A stretch of DNA of 64,000 bases from the NCBI RefSeq assembly GCF_964204645.1, contig NC_134029.1:16982950-17046949 (forward strand), in the 5' to 3' direction. The notes under the pieces are model-generated. The model did no database searches. It was not told the origin of the DNA and saw only the letters and a program-made list of their open reading frames with translations. Below, in pieces: positions 37,312 to 49,187 of this stretch. Numbering within the stretch: position 1 is the stretch's first letter; each line of letters begins with the position of its first letter. A program made the translations under genes and the position numbers. Source of the stretch: Tubulanus polymorphus (taxonomy: Eukaryota; Animalia; Nemertea).

Positions 37312-37734
37312 ATCGCTTCTGCAGTTATAACTATTATAGGATCGGCAATTGTTAACGCTTTAGCATTTACTGGTGGTGGTTATTTATTCAAGCATATTGA
37401 TAAAAATAGTTCAATAGGAGAACAAAGAAGACATAACTTAGCATTAGAGAAATACAATAAAGCAGCAGAAGAATACAGAGAAAAACGACAAAACTATATG
37501 GATTATATTAACAAGGAATTATATGATCAGAAGATTTCACATAGAGATTTTCAATCAGTTGATGATGCCATGAGTTTATATAACGCGGTAACCAATAAAG
37601 AAAAATTACATCTATACAAACCTAAATTATCAGATTATTATACCCCAAGTAAAGAACAACAGAAATATGAAATAATATGGATTTTAGGTGGAACAGTTAT
37701 TGTTATATTTGTTGCTTATAAGTTTACTAATTAG
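37312..37734 (+). pseudogene. Membrane protein whose start codon appears mutated (ATG to ATC)
   Basis: TAAATC at 37309 opens a frame ASAVITIIGSAIVNALAFTGGGYLF...RRHNLALE continuous with the 37498 ORF; hydrophobic N- and C-termini. Confidence 0.65.
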
Positions 37735-37753
37735 TAATTTTTTTGCTAAATAA

Positions 37754-38179
37754 ATGGAAGATAATATTGATATCATTCCTCATGATATCAGTAAAACTAA
37801 ATTAAAAATATATTTAGAAAAACAAATATTAGAATTTGAAAGTGACTTAAAAGTTAAAAAGAAAAAATATTTAAAATCTAAAATTATATATTATTTGATT
37901 ATAAGTGGTTCGGTTACAATTAGTTCTGTAATAACATTTCTAGCAATATTCAGCCCATTAACACCTTTAGCTATATCAATTGGTGTATTAGGATTAAGTT
38001 CAAGTGTTTTAACTGGTATAAGTTCAAAATTAAATATAAAAAGTAATAAAGAAAAAATTAAAACTAATATAAAAGAAATTAATAAATTAAAGAATACACT
38101 AGATTATATAATAAGTTTAAATGGTCATATAACAGTTGAAGAACAAGATAAATTATTAAAAGACTTAATAAATTATTAA
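37754..38179 (+). CDS. Two-TM coiled-coil protein, 141 aa
   Basis: Hydrophobic hairpin IIYYLIISGSVTISSVITFLAIF / LAISIGVLGLSSSVLTGI flanked by charged helices. Confidence 0.7.
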   Translation: MEDNIDIIPHDISKTKLKIYLEKQILEFESDLKVKKKKYLKSKIIYYLIISGSVTISSVITFLAIFSPLTPLAISIGVLGLSSSVLTGISSKLNIKSNKEKIKTNIKEINKLKNTLDYIISLNGHITVEEQDKLLKDLINY

Positions 38180-38195
38180 TTTTTTAATTATATAA

Positions 38196-39520
38196 ATGGT
38201 AGATAGTTTTCCAAAAGCTTTCCAATATAATAAATCAATTAAATATAATATTCCAGCAATAGCTTTTAATAAAGATATTACATATAGAAATGAAGTTTTA
38301 GATTCATTAATTGATTTATATATTTATGTTACTGAAAGTTATAATTTTCATGTAAAGATGGAAAATATATTTCATGTGTATACAATTAATTTCAAAAATT
38401 CAAATGAGGCAATACAATGGTTATTAAAATCTAATATGAAGTATTGGAAGAACCAATTAAATTTTGCTGTTTATTGCGCAACAACAGGATGTGGAATTAG
38501 TTGGAATGATCATTTAAACAAACCAAGTTTACCATTGATGTTATCACTTCATACAGATTTCATACATATTTTCAAATAAAATTAATATTAGATGAATTAG
38601 AATGTCCTTTACCAGGTTCAAAATATTTTAAAGAATTGAATAATAATATTAATTTTTCTAAGTTTTATAAAATATGTTATGAATTTAATATTAATTCAAA
38701 TAAAGATTTTAGAGCAAAAATTGGAACAATGGGTGGATTAGGAATATTGTATACTAAAGAATTTGGAAAAATAATGACAAATTCAGATATAAGAACACTA
38801 AATTGGAATGAATTACCAAAATATTATAATAATATACAACAACAAAATAATAATGGTTGGGTTTATTTCATTTTAGAAAATAGTGAAGGTTTTACTAAAG
38901 CTGGAATACAAAGAATAAATCAATCTATTAGAACTTATTTGATATGTATTTTAGGTGCGCAAGTTGAAACAAGATCCCCAATAATTGGAAATGATAACAC
39001 TTCATTCGATGCGCAGAAACAATTCAAAGTATTATTTGAAGATTCAATTCATAATGATAAAAATAGATCTATTCCAGAAAACAATGTAAGATATCAAAAT
39101 TATTTAGATAAATCACATATTAGATTAAATTATTGTATAGGCCCTAATCTATTTATTTCTAATGATTTAGTATTAAAGATGGGAAATATAATTGGTTATA
39201 ATAATCTAATTAAAACTGCACCAATAAATAATTCATTTGGATTAAATGATATAAATAAAAAGATAATTACTGCTCCAAAATTAATGGAAGGTGAAAAAAA
39301 TAAAAAACATATTCAATCAACAGAAACTAAAACTAAGAATATTAAATTAAATAATGATTCTAAAATAAAAGATTACAATACATCAGAAAATATTAGAACT
39401 GATAATATTCAACATGATATAATTAGAACTGATAATGATAATAAATCCCATGAAAATACTAAATTAGCTATAACTTGTATAGGAATTGTTATAGGAGGAA
39501 AATCATATTTTAAATTTTAA
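38196..39520 (+). pseudogene. Polinton protein of unknown function with C-terminal hydrophobic anchor (frameshifted)
   Basis: ORFs 38196-38579 and 38636-39520 appear to be one gene; motifs WKNQLNFAVYCATTGCGIS, GFTKAGIQRINQSIRTY, ILGAQ. Confidence 0.6.
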
Positions 39521-39536
39521 TTTTTTTATTATATAA

Positions 39537-41276
39537 ATGGATGTAGAAGGAGGTGGAGAAGATATTGGAATGGATAATTTTGATGAACCTGGCATAACTG
39601 ATGAACAACAACCTGATTTTAGTGAAACAAGTTTTAATGATGATAATAAAACAGCATATAACAATAATTTAAATAATGATGAAGATGATGATGATTTTGA
39701 TGATGATGATTATGATGGAATTAATTCCGAATTACGTGAAAAATTAATCAAATATTTAAAAGCTCCTGAAAGTGGTAGAATTAGAAACAACTAGAACAGA
39801 AAGAAAAGAATTTATGAAACTATTAGAAAAACAACAAGAAAAATATCCTGATAAACCTATGGAATTATATAGAATGAAATCTAGAGTAACAGATACAATT
39901 GTTAACGAATTATTACCAAAAGTTGTAATAGATGAAATTGATTCAGAAGGTGTTGTAGAACAAATTTTAAAAGATGACCCATTTTTCATGAATAATTTAG
40001 AATTTAAAAATGATTCATGGTATTATAATCTTGAATTAAATAGGAATATTGTAACAATTCAATTATCTAGAATGGGTCAAGAAAATATTTTTGAACCTGG
40101 AATGCGAGCATTATCTACAATTGAAGGTTCAAAAGGTGGTAGAGAATTTCTCAGAATTATATGGAATGCACTCGATAGAATAAATAAAGAAGAACCAATT
40201 CCTATTATTGATGTAAACAAATATTCACCATTTAAAAATCCAAATCCAAATCCTACTTTTGTTTATCCAGAAACTGATGAAGATTTTGCAAATCGATTAG
40301 ATAAATTAAGAAATTCAACACCAGAAACATCGAGAAGAGACACTCAACAAATTGATAATGATTCAAGTCAATTACAATTATCATTAGAAAAACAAATTGA
40401 TAGTTTAAGAGATTCAGAAGAACTGATGAATAGTATATCAGATACACCCGATCCTGAAACTGGAATAAATCGAATACAATCTTTACTAGAAAAAGGATTA
40501 CTTGATTTAACTGATGATGAATTAGAGGCATATCCTGAACAAACACGTAGAGAAATTAAAGGTATGCAAGAATCGGCTGATAAAATTGCGAATGAAAAAA
40601 GTATAAGAGATATTGAAATTAGAAATTTAGAAAAAGAATTAACTGATAAAAATAAAGAAATAGAACAATTAAAGTCTGATCTTGATCGTCAAATAATTGA
40701 TGAAATATAGAATATAGGCAAAAAGAATTACGTTTAGAAAAAGAAATTAATAATTTAAAAGATAATTTAGAAGTACAAAAAGAAGAAATTAATTCATTAT
40801 TAAAATCATATGATTATAATATTAATAGATTAAAAGTTATTTTTAAAGATTTGTTGATAAAACCAAATTCTGAAATATCATTGAAAGATAGAATAAAATT
40901 ATTATTTAAGTTAGAAGGTATAACAATTCTTTCAATTCTAACAGCTGTAACTATGTTATTTACAACAATTGGTTTAGCTATATCAAATTCACTGAAATCT
41001 ACTCCTACTCCAAATAAACCAGATAAACCCCCAGATAATAATAATTCTATACAAGATAAAGTAAAGGATGGTTTAAAGAAATTAGCAAAATATTTATGGG
41101 AACTATCGAAAAAATCCGCTGCAGCATTACCAGGAATTATTGCATCAATTGTTGGTTTTATATTGAAATCTGCAGGAAACATTATTAACTTTGCTGCTGA
41201 ACATATTATTTTATTTTTAATTACAGTTGTAAGTGCTATTATTTTTGGATTAGTAAACATGATTAAAAATAAATAA
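39537..41276 (+). pseudogene. Large acidic/coiled-coil protein with C-terminal multi-TM region (frameshifted)
   Basis: ORFs 39537-39794, 39772-40710 and 40851-41276 share one TAAATG start; ends in hydrophobic GITILSILTAV... and ALPGIIASIVGFIL...IILFLITVVSAIIFG. Confidence 0.6.
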
Positions 41277-41296
41277 TTAATTTTTTTGTTAAATAA

Positions 41297-42544
41297 ATGA
41301 GTGGGAGTTATATCAATCCTTCTAAGAATCATAGAATATCTAATGCTATTAAAGCAGAAAGATCACATCATATAATTACTCATAACCCTTCTTATATTAA
41401 TCCTGATGAAACTTTATATGTTAGAATTCCGAGATTAACACAAAATACTTTTCATGTTCCAAATAGTATTTATTTATCAGCCGATATAAAAGTAATCGGT
41501 AATAATAATAATTATGTTGTTGATAATGTTGGAAGATATTTGATTAAAAAATTAACAATTAAGATTGGTCCAGAAACAGTTTTCTCATTAGATGATTATA
41601 ATTCATTTATGCATTATAAAGATTTATGGTTAACTAAAGAAAATAGAAATAATATGATATTTCAAGGCATCCAATCAGAAAACCAAAATAAATTAAGATC
41701 AGAAGCACATAATGCAATATCAACTAATGCTGTAGATAAATTGATAAAAAGTATATATGGAAGCAAATATAAAATTCCATTAGACTTTGAATTGATAAAT
41801 AACAATGCACCTTTATATAAATACGCAATTCAAGAAGACGTTATATTCGAAATAACATTTGCTCCTGTTAATGAAATTGTAATATCTAGCGTTAATAAAG
41901 ATATGAGTTATAAATTATCGAATATATGTTTAGAATATGATACAGTAACTGATGAAAATATTTCAAGTATAATTCAAACTAAATACAATCAAGGATTTTC
42001 ATTATTATATGATTATATTGATAAATTTAAAACCGTAACTATTAATGCAAATGATGAAATTATTAATGAGAATATTAACTTCCCAAGAAGATCTATTAAA
42101 GGTATATTAATATTTTTTACCATTGCAACATATTCTAATGGTGCAATAAATGTTGATAATTATTATAATCCTGAAATAACAAAAGTAGAAATAACTATCG
42201 AAGGAATAGCAAATAAAATATTTTGTCAAGGAATGAGAATGATTGATCAATGGCCAGAAATTAGAAAACATTTTATGAATGAAAAAGTAAAATCATCTGA
42301 AAATTGTAATATTAATCAAATTGATTATTATACCGGTAATAAATATGCATTATGGTTAGATTTTAGAACAACAGAGGATAATTCATTACATGGTTCTGGA
42401 AAAAAATTACAGAACACTAAAGATGGAATACAATTATTCATGACAAAGAATAAAGGAATCAAAAATTTCAAAATGCACATTTATATTATATCTGACGCGC
42501 AATTAAATATTGTAAATTCTCAATTGAATAGTGTTATGTATTAA
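41297..42544 (+). CDS. Major capsid protein (double jelly-roll, putative), 415 aa, intact
   Basis: Size, beta-rich composition and position; motifs HNPS...LYVRIP, VVDNVGR.LIKKL.I, LSNICLEYD, YALWLDFR. Fold is inferred, not computed. Confidence 0.8.
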   Translation: MSGSYINPSKNHRISNAIKAERSHHIITHNPSYINPDETLYVRIPRLTQNTFHVPNSIYLSADIKVIGNNNNYVVDNVGRYLIKKLTIKIGPETVFSLDDYNSFMHYKDLWLTKENRNNMIFQGIQSENQNKLRSEAHNAISTNAVDKLIKSIYGSKYKIPLDFELINNNAPLYKYAIQEDVIFEITFAPVNEIVISSVNKDMSYKLSNICLEYDTVTDENISSIIQTKYNQGFSLLYDYIDKFKTVTINANDEIINENINFPRRSIKGILIFFTIATYSNGAINVDNYYNPEITKVEITIEGIANKIFCQGMRMIDQWPEIRKHFMNEKVKSSENCNINQIDYYTGNKYALWLDFRTTEDNSLHGSGKKLQNTKDGIQLFMTKNKGIKNFKMHIYIISDAQLNIVNSQLNSVMY

Positions 42545-42576
42545 AATTTTAACTTTGATAAAAACTTATATAATAA

Positions 42577-43497
42577 ATGGAAGGAGGTAAAGTATATAAA
42601 CATATTCCATACATCGATACACATGAAAATAATGATGGTTTATATTATGTAATACCTTGTAATATAGCTTTGATATTTGATCCTATTTTCAAAATTTATA
42701 AAACTAAACTAATAGCAATCGATAATAATAAAAGTGGTGTTGTTGATAATTTAAGTAATGTAATTGATAATAATGTAATACCTTCTACATCTAATAATGC
42801 AATACCTTCTACATCTAATAATGTAATACCTACTACATCTAATAATGTAATACCTTCTACATCTAATAACGTAATACCTTCTACATCTAATAATGTAATA
42901 CCTTCTACATCTAATAATGCAATAATATTAAATGTTAGTGAAAATAGAAATTATTGTGATTATTGTAAAGGTGAATTTTCAAACGCTCCATCAAATTGGA
43001 ATAATCATATGAATACAAATTCACATATTACTTAATGTTATAAAACGTGTTGGTTTAAGAGAATTTATAGAACACCCATTTAGATATGTTACAAAGTTTG
43101 TTTCAAATCAAAAAGTAAATGGTAAAGAATTATATGAAGATTTATTATTAGCAACACCTAATAAAGATAAATTAGATTTAACCGATGCTATTAAATTAGA
43201 ATCAAACATTGTAAATGAAATATTAGGAGCAAACACTAATAAAGATAATAATGAAAATGGTGCCGTATGGCACCCACATGGTGATATAGTTACAGGAAAG
43301 CGCATTGATAATAAAGATTCTATGAAACTTAAATCAGAAAATAAAGATATAGTTGAGATGACTAATAAGTATATCAATAAACCAATTATTTATGAAGATA
43401 CGGTAGAGCATTTGAATAAATTGTTAGGGTCTGATGATGAATTGGAGAGTGATGATGAAAGTGATTCAGAAAGTAATTATCTAACACTCAAAAAGTA
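42577..43497 (+). pseudogene. Protein with NNVIPSTS repeats and a C2H2 finger (frameshifted)
   Basis: 24-bp tandem repeat at 42770-42920; YCDYC...H....SH; continues in another frame after 43035 to an acidic tail. Confidence 0.55.
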
Positions 43498-43836
43498 ATA
43501 AAGGTTGAAAATTGTATAAAATAATAGTAAATAAAAAAGGGGGTTTTAAGTATTAAGGTATCTAATACGTATTTAATACATATCTAATACGTATTTAATA
43601 CATATTATTTGAAAATACCTTAAATTATATTTCTTTTTTAAATTTATATTGAAACCCCAGAAATAATAAATAACCTTTATTATTTTCAAACTTATTCATA
43701 TATTAGTTGAAAAAAATAAAAATAAATTGGTTGAAAATTGTATGAATAATATTTATTTAAAAAATGGGGTATTAATGTATTTAATACGTATCTAATACGT
43801 ATTTAAAACGTATTAGATAGATAGATATATAAATAG

Positions 43837-44451
43837 TTATTTTATAAACTTATATTCATAGGGAAATTGTAGTCTCAGTAATAATTTTGAACCTTTATTA
43901 TTCTTTAATTTATTCATATATTCATCATGTAATTCAGTAGGTATAATTTGATTTTCTTCCAATGATTGTTGCATAGATTTTTTATCTTTGTTATAAAATA
44001 AAACTAGAAATCTTATATTCTCCCTAAAGTCTTTAACAATTGAATTATATTTTTGATTTAAAACCCATGTTGTTATCCCAAAATGTCTTCCAGAGAAAGC
44101 TAGATAACATAACTCACTTTCTCTAATTTTTGAATCATGTAAATTTGCGCAATCATCTACAATGAATAATGTATTTGATCCTTTATAAGTATCAATTGCT
44201 ATTTTTATACAATTATCTAAATTTTCTTTTACTGTTTTAGGATCTAATATAATAAACTTTTTTATCTTAACTATATCTCTATTATATGTTTTATTCATTT
44301 CATAAGTAGGACAGAATAATATTATATTATCAAAATGATTCTTATAAATAGTTTCTAACAAGTCTAATATGAAATGTGTTTTACCACAATTGGTTACTCC
44401 AGTAACTACTAACATATTATGCGGTTCAAATATAAATAAATCTTTATTCAT
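43837..44451 (-). CDS. A32/FtsK-HerA-like genome packaging ATPase, 204 aa
   Basis: Walker A GVTNCGKT, Walker B LFIVDD, arginine finger SGRH and sensor VLNQ. Confidence 0.92.
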   Translation of the reverse strand: MNKDLFIFEPHNMLVVTGVTNCGKTHFILDLLETIYKNHFDNIILFCPTYEMNKTYNRDIVKIKKFIILDPKTVKENLDNCIKIAIDTYKGSNTLFIVDDCANLHDSKIRESELCYLAFSGRHFGITTWVLNQKYNSIVKDFRENIRFLVLFYNKDKKSMQQSLEENQIIPTELHDEYMNKLKNNKGSKLLLRLQFPYEYKFIK

Positions 44452-45529
44452 TTATTCTTTTAATTTTACTAGATAAAATCCATTCATTAAATTTATCATC
44501 ATATCCTTTATATTTCACCAAAGAATACTTTTTTCCTTTAAGAGTTTTTGTTTTCAATACTTTTTCTATTTTGTATTCTATTTCATCTGGATTTGGTACA
44601 AGTGATAATTTTTGTTCATAGAAATAACCTAATATTTATTCATCTTTTAGATCTTCTAGTTTATAAACAAATGGTTTAGTTAATATTATCTTTTTAATCT
44701 TGAATATTTCCTCAGTAAAATTTGGGGTATAACCTTTATAAAATGTTTTTCTATATTTAGATATTCTTATGTGTTGTCCTATTTTAAATTTAGGTTCACC
44801 GAAATCATGTGTAACAAACACACCATACAAATTATTCCAAACTATTTCTGAATTATCTTCTTTTCTAGCTTGTATAGGTTTCATACCAATACTTGAATGT
44901 TTAGAATTATTATAACCTTTCACTAAATCATCTAATACATCGATATATTTATATGTTTCATTAGCAGTAAAGTATTTCCACATTCTAGTTTTCAATGTTT
45001 TATTAAATCTTTCTATAATAGATGCTTTTTTATCTGAATGTGTTGAAAAATAATCTACATCGTTATCAGATAATAGTTTTTTAAAATGTTTGTTATAAAA
45101 TTCCTTACCTTCATCAAATTGTATCTTATCTGGAATAGCTTCTTTAAATATTGATTTAAAAGCATTTGTCACCTCTATTCCAGTTTTATTTTTGATTGGA
45201 ATTGACCATGCGTATCTACTGAATATGTCTATAACATTTAATATCCAGAAATATCCTTTGTTGTATTCTTCTAAGTTCTTCATGTCAATTAAATCTGCTT
45301 GCCATTGTTGATCGATATATGAAACCATAACTTTTCTTGTTAAATAAGTTCTATCCATTTTCTTGTGGATTTGATATGTTGGTTGATTTTGTAACCATGA
45401 TTTTAATTCACTATATTTTATATTTTCATTATCAGATTTAATTTTACTCCATAATTCTGAAACGTTAGAATATGATACTTCACTTTCTGGGTTATAATAT
45501 AAATCTCTTAAATATTGTTCTTTTTTCAT
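44452..45529 (-). pseudogene. Retroviral-type (rve) integrase with C-terminal chromodomain cut off by a premature stop
   Basis: WQADLIDM, IDIFSRYAW, QFDEGKEF, IIERFNKTLK. After the TAA at 44636-44638 the frame continues YKIEKVLKTK...SLVKYKGYDDKFNEWI (chromodomain) to a stop at 44452. Confidence 0.92.
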
Positions 45530-45899
45530 CTTCTTTTAATCCATTAATAATAATTTAGATTTAGTTTCAATGATTTATGATTTGACTTATTTTCTGGTAT
45601 GATAGGTTTATTGTCATTGGAATCATCTTTATCATCAGATTTGAATTTTGATTTATATATTACACCGGATAATATAATAACTGTTACTACTAATCAAATT
45701 GTAATATATAATTTATAATTACTTCCAGCATTAGAAGAATCAGATGGATTATTACTTGAATCAATATCAGATAAAGTCTGTGATTCATTTATATCAGTTA
45801 ATTTCTTTTTCTTAGTTTTTTTTTAATTCTGCAGATCTTTTACCTAATTCTCTTGCCCATTTAATTTGTTTTTCAGATCTAACCTTTTTCATAACGCTA

Positions 45900-46509
45900 T
45901 CACTCATTTATTTTAGTTAATTTTTGTTCTGATTCATTTTCTGTTTCCCCATTTGGTTGTAGTTCATCTGTTTCGTTCTTCACTGATTTATATTCCATAG
46001 GCTTGATATCCGAAAATGTTATGACACCAGTAGAAATTAATGTCATAACCGATCCTAATTGGAATGAAGCATATCTAACCCATTTGTGTAATTCAGTCAT
46101 AACTAAGTAGTCATTTTTCAAATCACTATATAATTTATTTATCATTAATTGGTATTAACTGGTTACATAATTTTGAATAACATTTGACAATACCATCTGA
46201 AATAGAATCATTTATTCGGGCTGCTAATCTTGCCTCTTCATAAATCTTAAAATATTTTTTTACTTTATCTGGTTTCATAGCATCTAATTCTTGAAAAGTA
46301 ATAATTCTATTTAGAAACTCTCTACACTTTCCGCTAGCAATCAATAGTTCAAGATGGTGTTTACAATATAAATAGTATTCATAATCTATATTACAATTAA
46401 CTTGAATATTATTTTCAATTTTGGCCGGAATATCCTTATTATCACTAATGCCCAAATCATCTAATGTTTTTTCAATATCAATATTATTCTTACTCGACTT
46501 CTTTGACAT
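45900..46509 (-). pseudogene. Polinton hypothetical protein (two overlapping frames)
   Basis: ORFs 46135-46509 and 45900-46145 overlap by 11 nt; only 46509 has a TAAATG start. Confidence 0.55.
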
Positions 46510-46809
46510 TTATATTAGAGAAATTTAATAAGAAAAATATTATAAGTATTATAAAATGATACCAGTATCTCTTTAGATTAATACTAGCTTAGTTAAAGGT
46601 AAAGAATTTTAGTATTAGTTATTGTTTTTTAGTATTTTTTATTTGCGATATAAAGTATTCTTTTTTGAAAAGAAAATATTAAAAAAACAATAACTAATAC
46701 TAGCTAGTTGAAGATATGTAATTTCTAATATATTTTATTTGAATTCTATTTGATATCGCACTACTTTTGTTTATCTATTAGGAGCAGTAATTATAACTGT
46801 CCAGATAAG

Positions 46810-47025
46810 TCATTTCGGATCCTTGATATCAAATTCCTCAACATATTGTTCATTATTTGGATTATTGTTCCATTGATCAATAAATTTCTTTGCCTTTGTT
46901 AACTGTTCTAAATATAACTGTAAATCTAGTTTATTAGATTTGATTTGATTTTCTTTCTTTTCAAGAGGTCTTAAATTTTTCCAATTCCAAATAAGTTTTT
47001 TATTGTATTCATCATTCCTTTCCAT
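46810..47025 (-). pseudogene. Truncated duplicate of the HNH protein C-terminus
   Basis: NDEYNKKLIWNWKNLRPLEKKEN.IKSNKLDLQLYL is nearly identical to part of 48498-49166. Confidence 0.75.
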
Positions 47026-47232
47026 TTATAAATCAAATTTTTATTAAAATTGATTAACATTTTAGAATCCTCTTCCATTTCTTCGACTAACGTCATCCTT
47101 TTTCATTCCTCGCTGCTTTTGATAAGTCATTTCGGATCCTCGATAATAAATCCTCAACTGAAAATCAATTCAACGAAACGACTGGTGGAAATATTATTTC
47201 ATAAACACATATATTTATTATGTAAATTTTAG

Positions 47233-47590
47233 CGATCGATAATAGAACAATGGAGAACAATAGAAAAGCGGTCCAATCGGACCGGTTATTGCAAAATACA
47301 CAGTTATATTTTTATTCTGTAAACTACAACATTCAAACATAGAAATGTAACCCATCAATACTGAGCAGCTGTTTCCGTCAACAACGATCAATAATAGAAC
47401 AATGGAGAACAATAGAAAAGCGGTCCAATCGGACCGGTTATTGCGCAATACTTAGTTAACAGTAAACAATCAATACAGAACAACCGCCGCCATTAACAAC
47501 GATCAATAATAGAACAATGGAGAACAATAGAAAAGCGGTCCAATCGGACCGGTTATTGCGCAATACTTAGTGAACAGTAAACAATACAAT
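47233..47590. repeat. Three direct repeats, each with a palindromic core
   Basis: CGATC(A/G)ATAATAGAACAATGGAGAACAATAGAAAAGCGGTCCAATCGGACCGGTTATTGC starts near 47233, 47386 and 47500. Confidence 0.9.
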
Positions 47591-47662
47591 ATTAAAACAG
47601 ATATATACAATCGAGATTACATTTTTTGATATCTATATTACAAAGACCTCCAGTGTTATAAT

Positions 47663-48130
47663 TTATAATTTTGTCCAGAATTCTTTAATTACTGGATTGT
47701 TTCCAATCATTTCTTCAATTTCTGGTAAATATCTGACTACTTCACTAAATGCTAATCCTAATATTTTGAATTTTTCATATTTTATTAATCTACCTACTCT
47801 TCTCAGTTTTCTTTCAAAACCGGCACTGATATCTCCACTCATTTTCTTAGTTTTCGATTCTTTGAGTCCCAACAGCAATTTAAGTCGCGTTGCTGGTAAT
47901 TTTGGTAATTGTAGTTCGCGCGGTAATTGTTTATTATGTATTACATCACTCAGAATTTTCACCATTTCTTGATGATAGTCCAAATGTTCTTGTAATTTTT
48001 GTGAAGTTTGTTCGTCAATTACGAGAGTTTTATCCTCCATTTCTATTGATTCCTGTGTTTCACTATCCGTCGTTTCTGGTTCCTCATCCATTGGTTGGCT
48101 TGGAATTTCTGGTTGATCTCTGTATTCCAT
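47663..48130 (-). CDS. Polinton hypothetical protein, 155 aa, acidic N-terminus
   Basis: Intact ORF with TAAAATG start; no recognisable motif. Confidence 0.55.
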   Translation of the reverse strand: MEYRDQPEIPSQPMDEEPETTDSETQESIEMEDKTLVIDEQTSQKLQEHLDYHQEMVKILSDVIHNKQLPRELQLPKLPATRLKLLLGLKESKTKKMSGDISAGFERKLRRVGRLIKYEKFKILGLAFSEVVRYLPEIEEMIGNNPVIKEFWTKL

Positions 48131-48497
48131 TTTAATCTAAAAGATGTCGTGAAAATGAATTACTGTACTTAAATATGTTTAAAGGTTTCCCTACTTCATA
48201 ATAACTACAAAAAACGGTACTTACACTTAGATTTAGAACTGTAAACTGTGTTTTGAGAGAGAATATCCAATACGTACTATGTATGTGAAAGTTGATTTCT
48301 AACTGCCGACGTGGCGCACGTTCAACCAAACTAATTATTTCTGCACGTTTGCCTGGATTGTAACAGATGTTCCTTTGTGATGAAGTTAATTAATTCTTTA
48401 GAATTGAAAACAAGATATATTTGGCAACATATGTTTTAGTAGTAAGCAAAAGCTATGTATTATATACATACAAAGCTCAAATAGAATTGCCAGCTTT

Positions 48498-49166
48498 CTA
48501 ACCACTGATTAAAACCTCAGAATGCGGTTGATTCTGTGAAATACTATTCCACAATTCAACAAATGTCTTTGCTTTATCCAGTTGATCTAAATATAACTGT
48601 AAATCTAGTTTATTAGATTTAATTATGTTTTCCTTCTTTTCTAAAGGTCTTAGATTCTTCCAATTCCAAATAAGTTTTTTATTGTATTCATCATTCATGT
48701 CAAATTTAGAAATCGGCAACACGTGATCAATATGAAAGTATTCACCATAATTATCTATATTCATTTTATCATCGAATTGATATATTATCCATGATTTGAG
48801 AAATTCATCTGAACAACCCAACAAATTAGATAATGTTTCTGAATGTGTTTCTTTGTTGAATAATTGTGTTAATCTAGATCTTAAGCATTGTTTCAATCTA
48901 AAATTAAGATCTGTTTGATATCTTTCTCTCATATATTCTGCCATATAATAATTATAATGTTCTATATTATCTTCTCGGTATTGTTTGGTGTATAGTTTAA
49001 AACAAGTTTTACAGCAATATTGAAAACCATCTTTGCTAATCTTACGCTTATTAAATTCTGTTATAGCTAATTTATCTATTTCACATTTAGAACACTTCTT
49101 GTAGTATATATTTATGACACCAGTGTTATTTGTAATATTGATAGTTCGTGGTTGTTCTGGTTCCAT
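48498..49166 (-). CDS. HNH endonuclease-like protein with N-terminal Cys4 module, 222 aa
   Basis: KKCSKC...EF....KDG....CKTC and FHIDHVLPISKFD...NWKNLRPL...EN..KSNK, an HNH type seen in large DNA viruses and phages. Confidence 0.78.
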   Translation of the reverse strand: MEPEQPRTINITNNTGVINIYYKKCSKCEIDKLAITEFNKRKISKDGFQYCCKTCFKLYTKQYREDNIEHYNYYMAEYMRERYQTDLNFRLKQCLRSRLTQLFNKETHSETLSNLLGCSDEFLKSWIIYQFDDKMNIDNYGEYFHIDHVLPISKFDMNDEYNKKLIWNWKNLRPLEKKENIIKSNKLDLQLYLDQLDKAKTFVELWNSISQNQPHSEVLISG

Positions 49167-49187
49167 TTATTATACATATTTTTTTAC

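Noticed and set aside
40814-41332. 172-aa hydrophobic ORF on the minus strand
   Set aside because: Antisense shadow of the plus-strand membrane protein; lacks the TAAATG start used by the element's genes.
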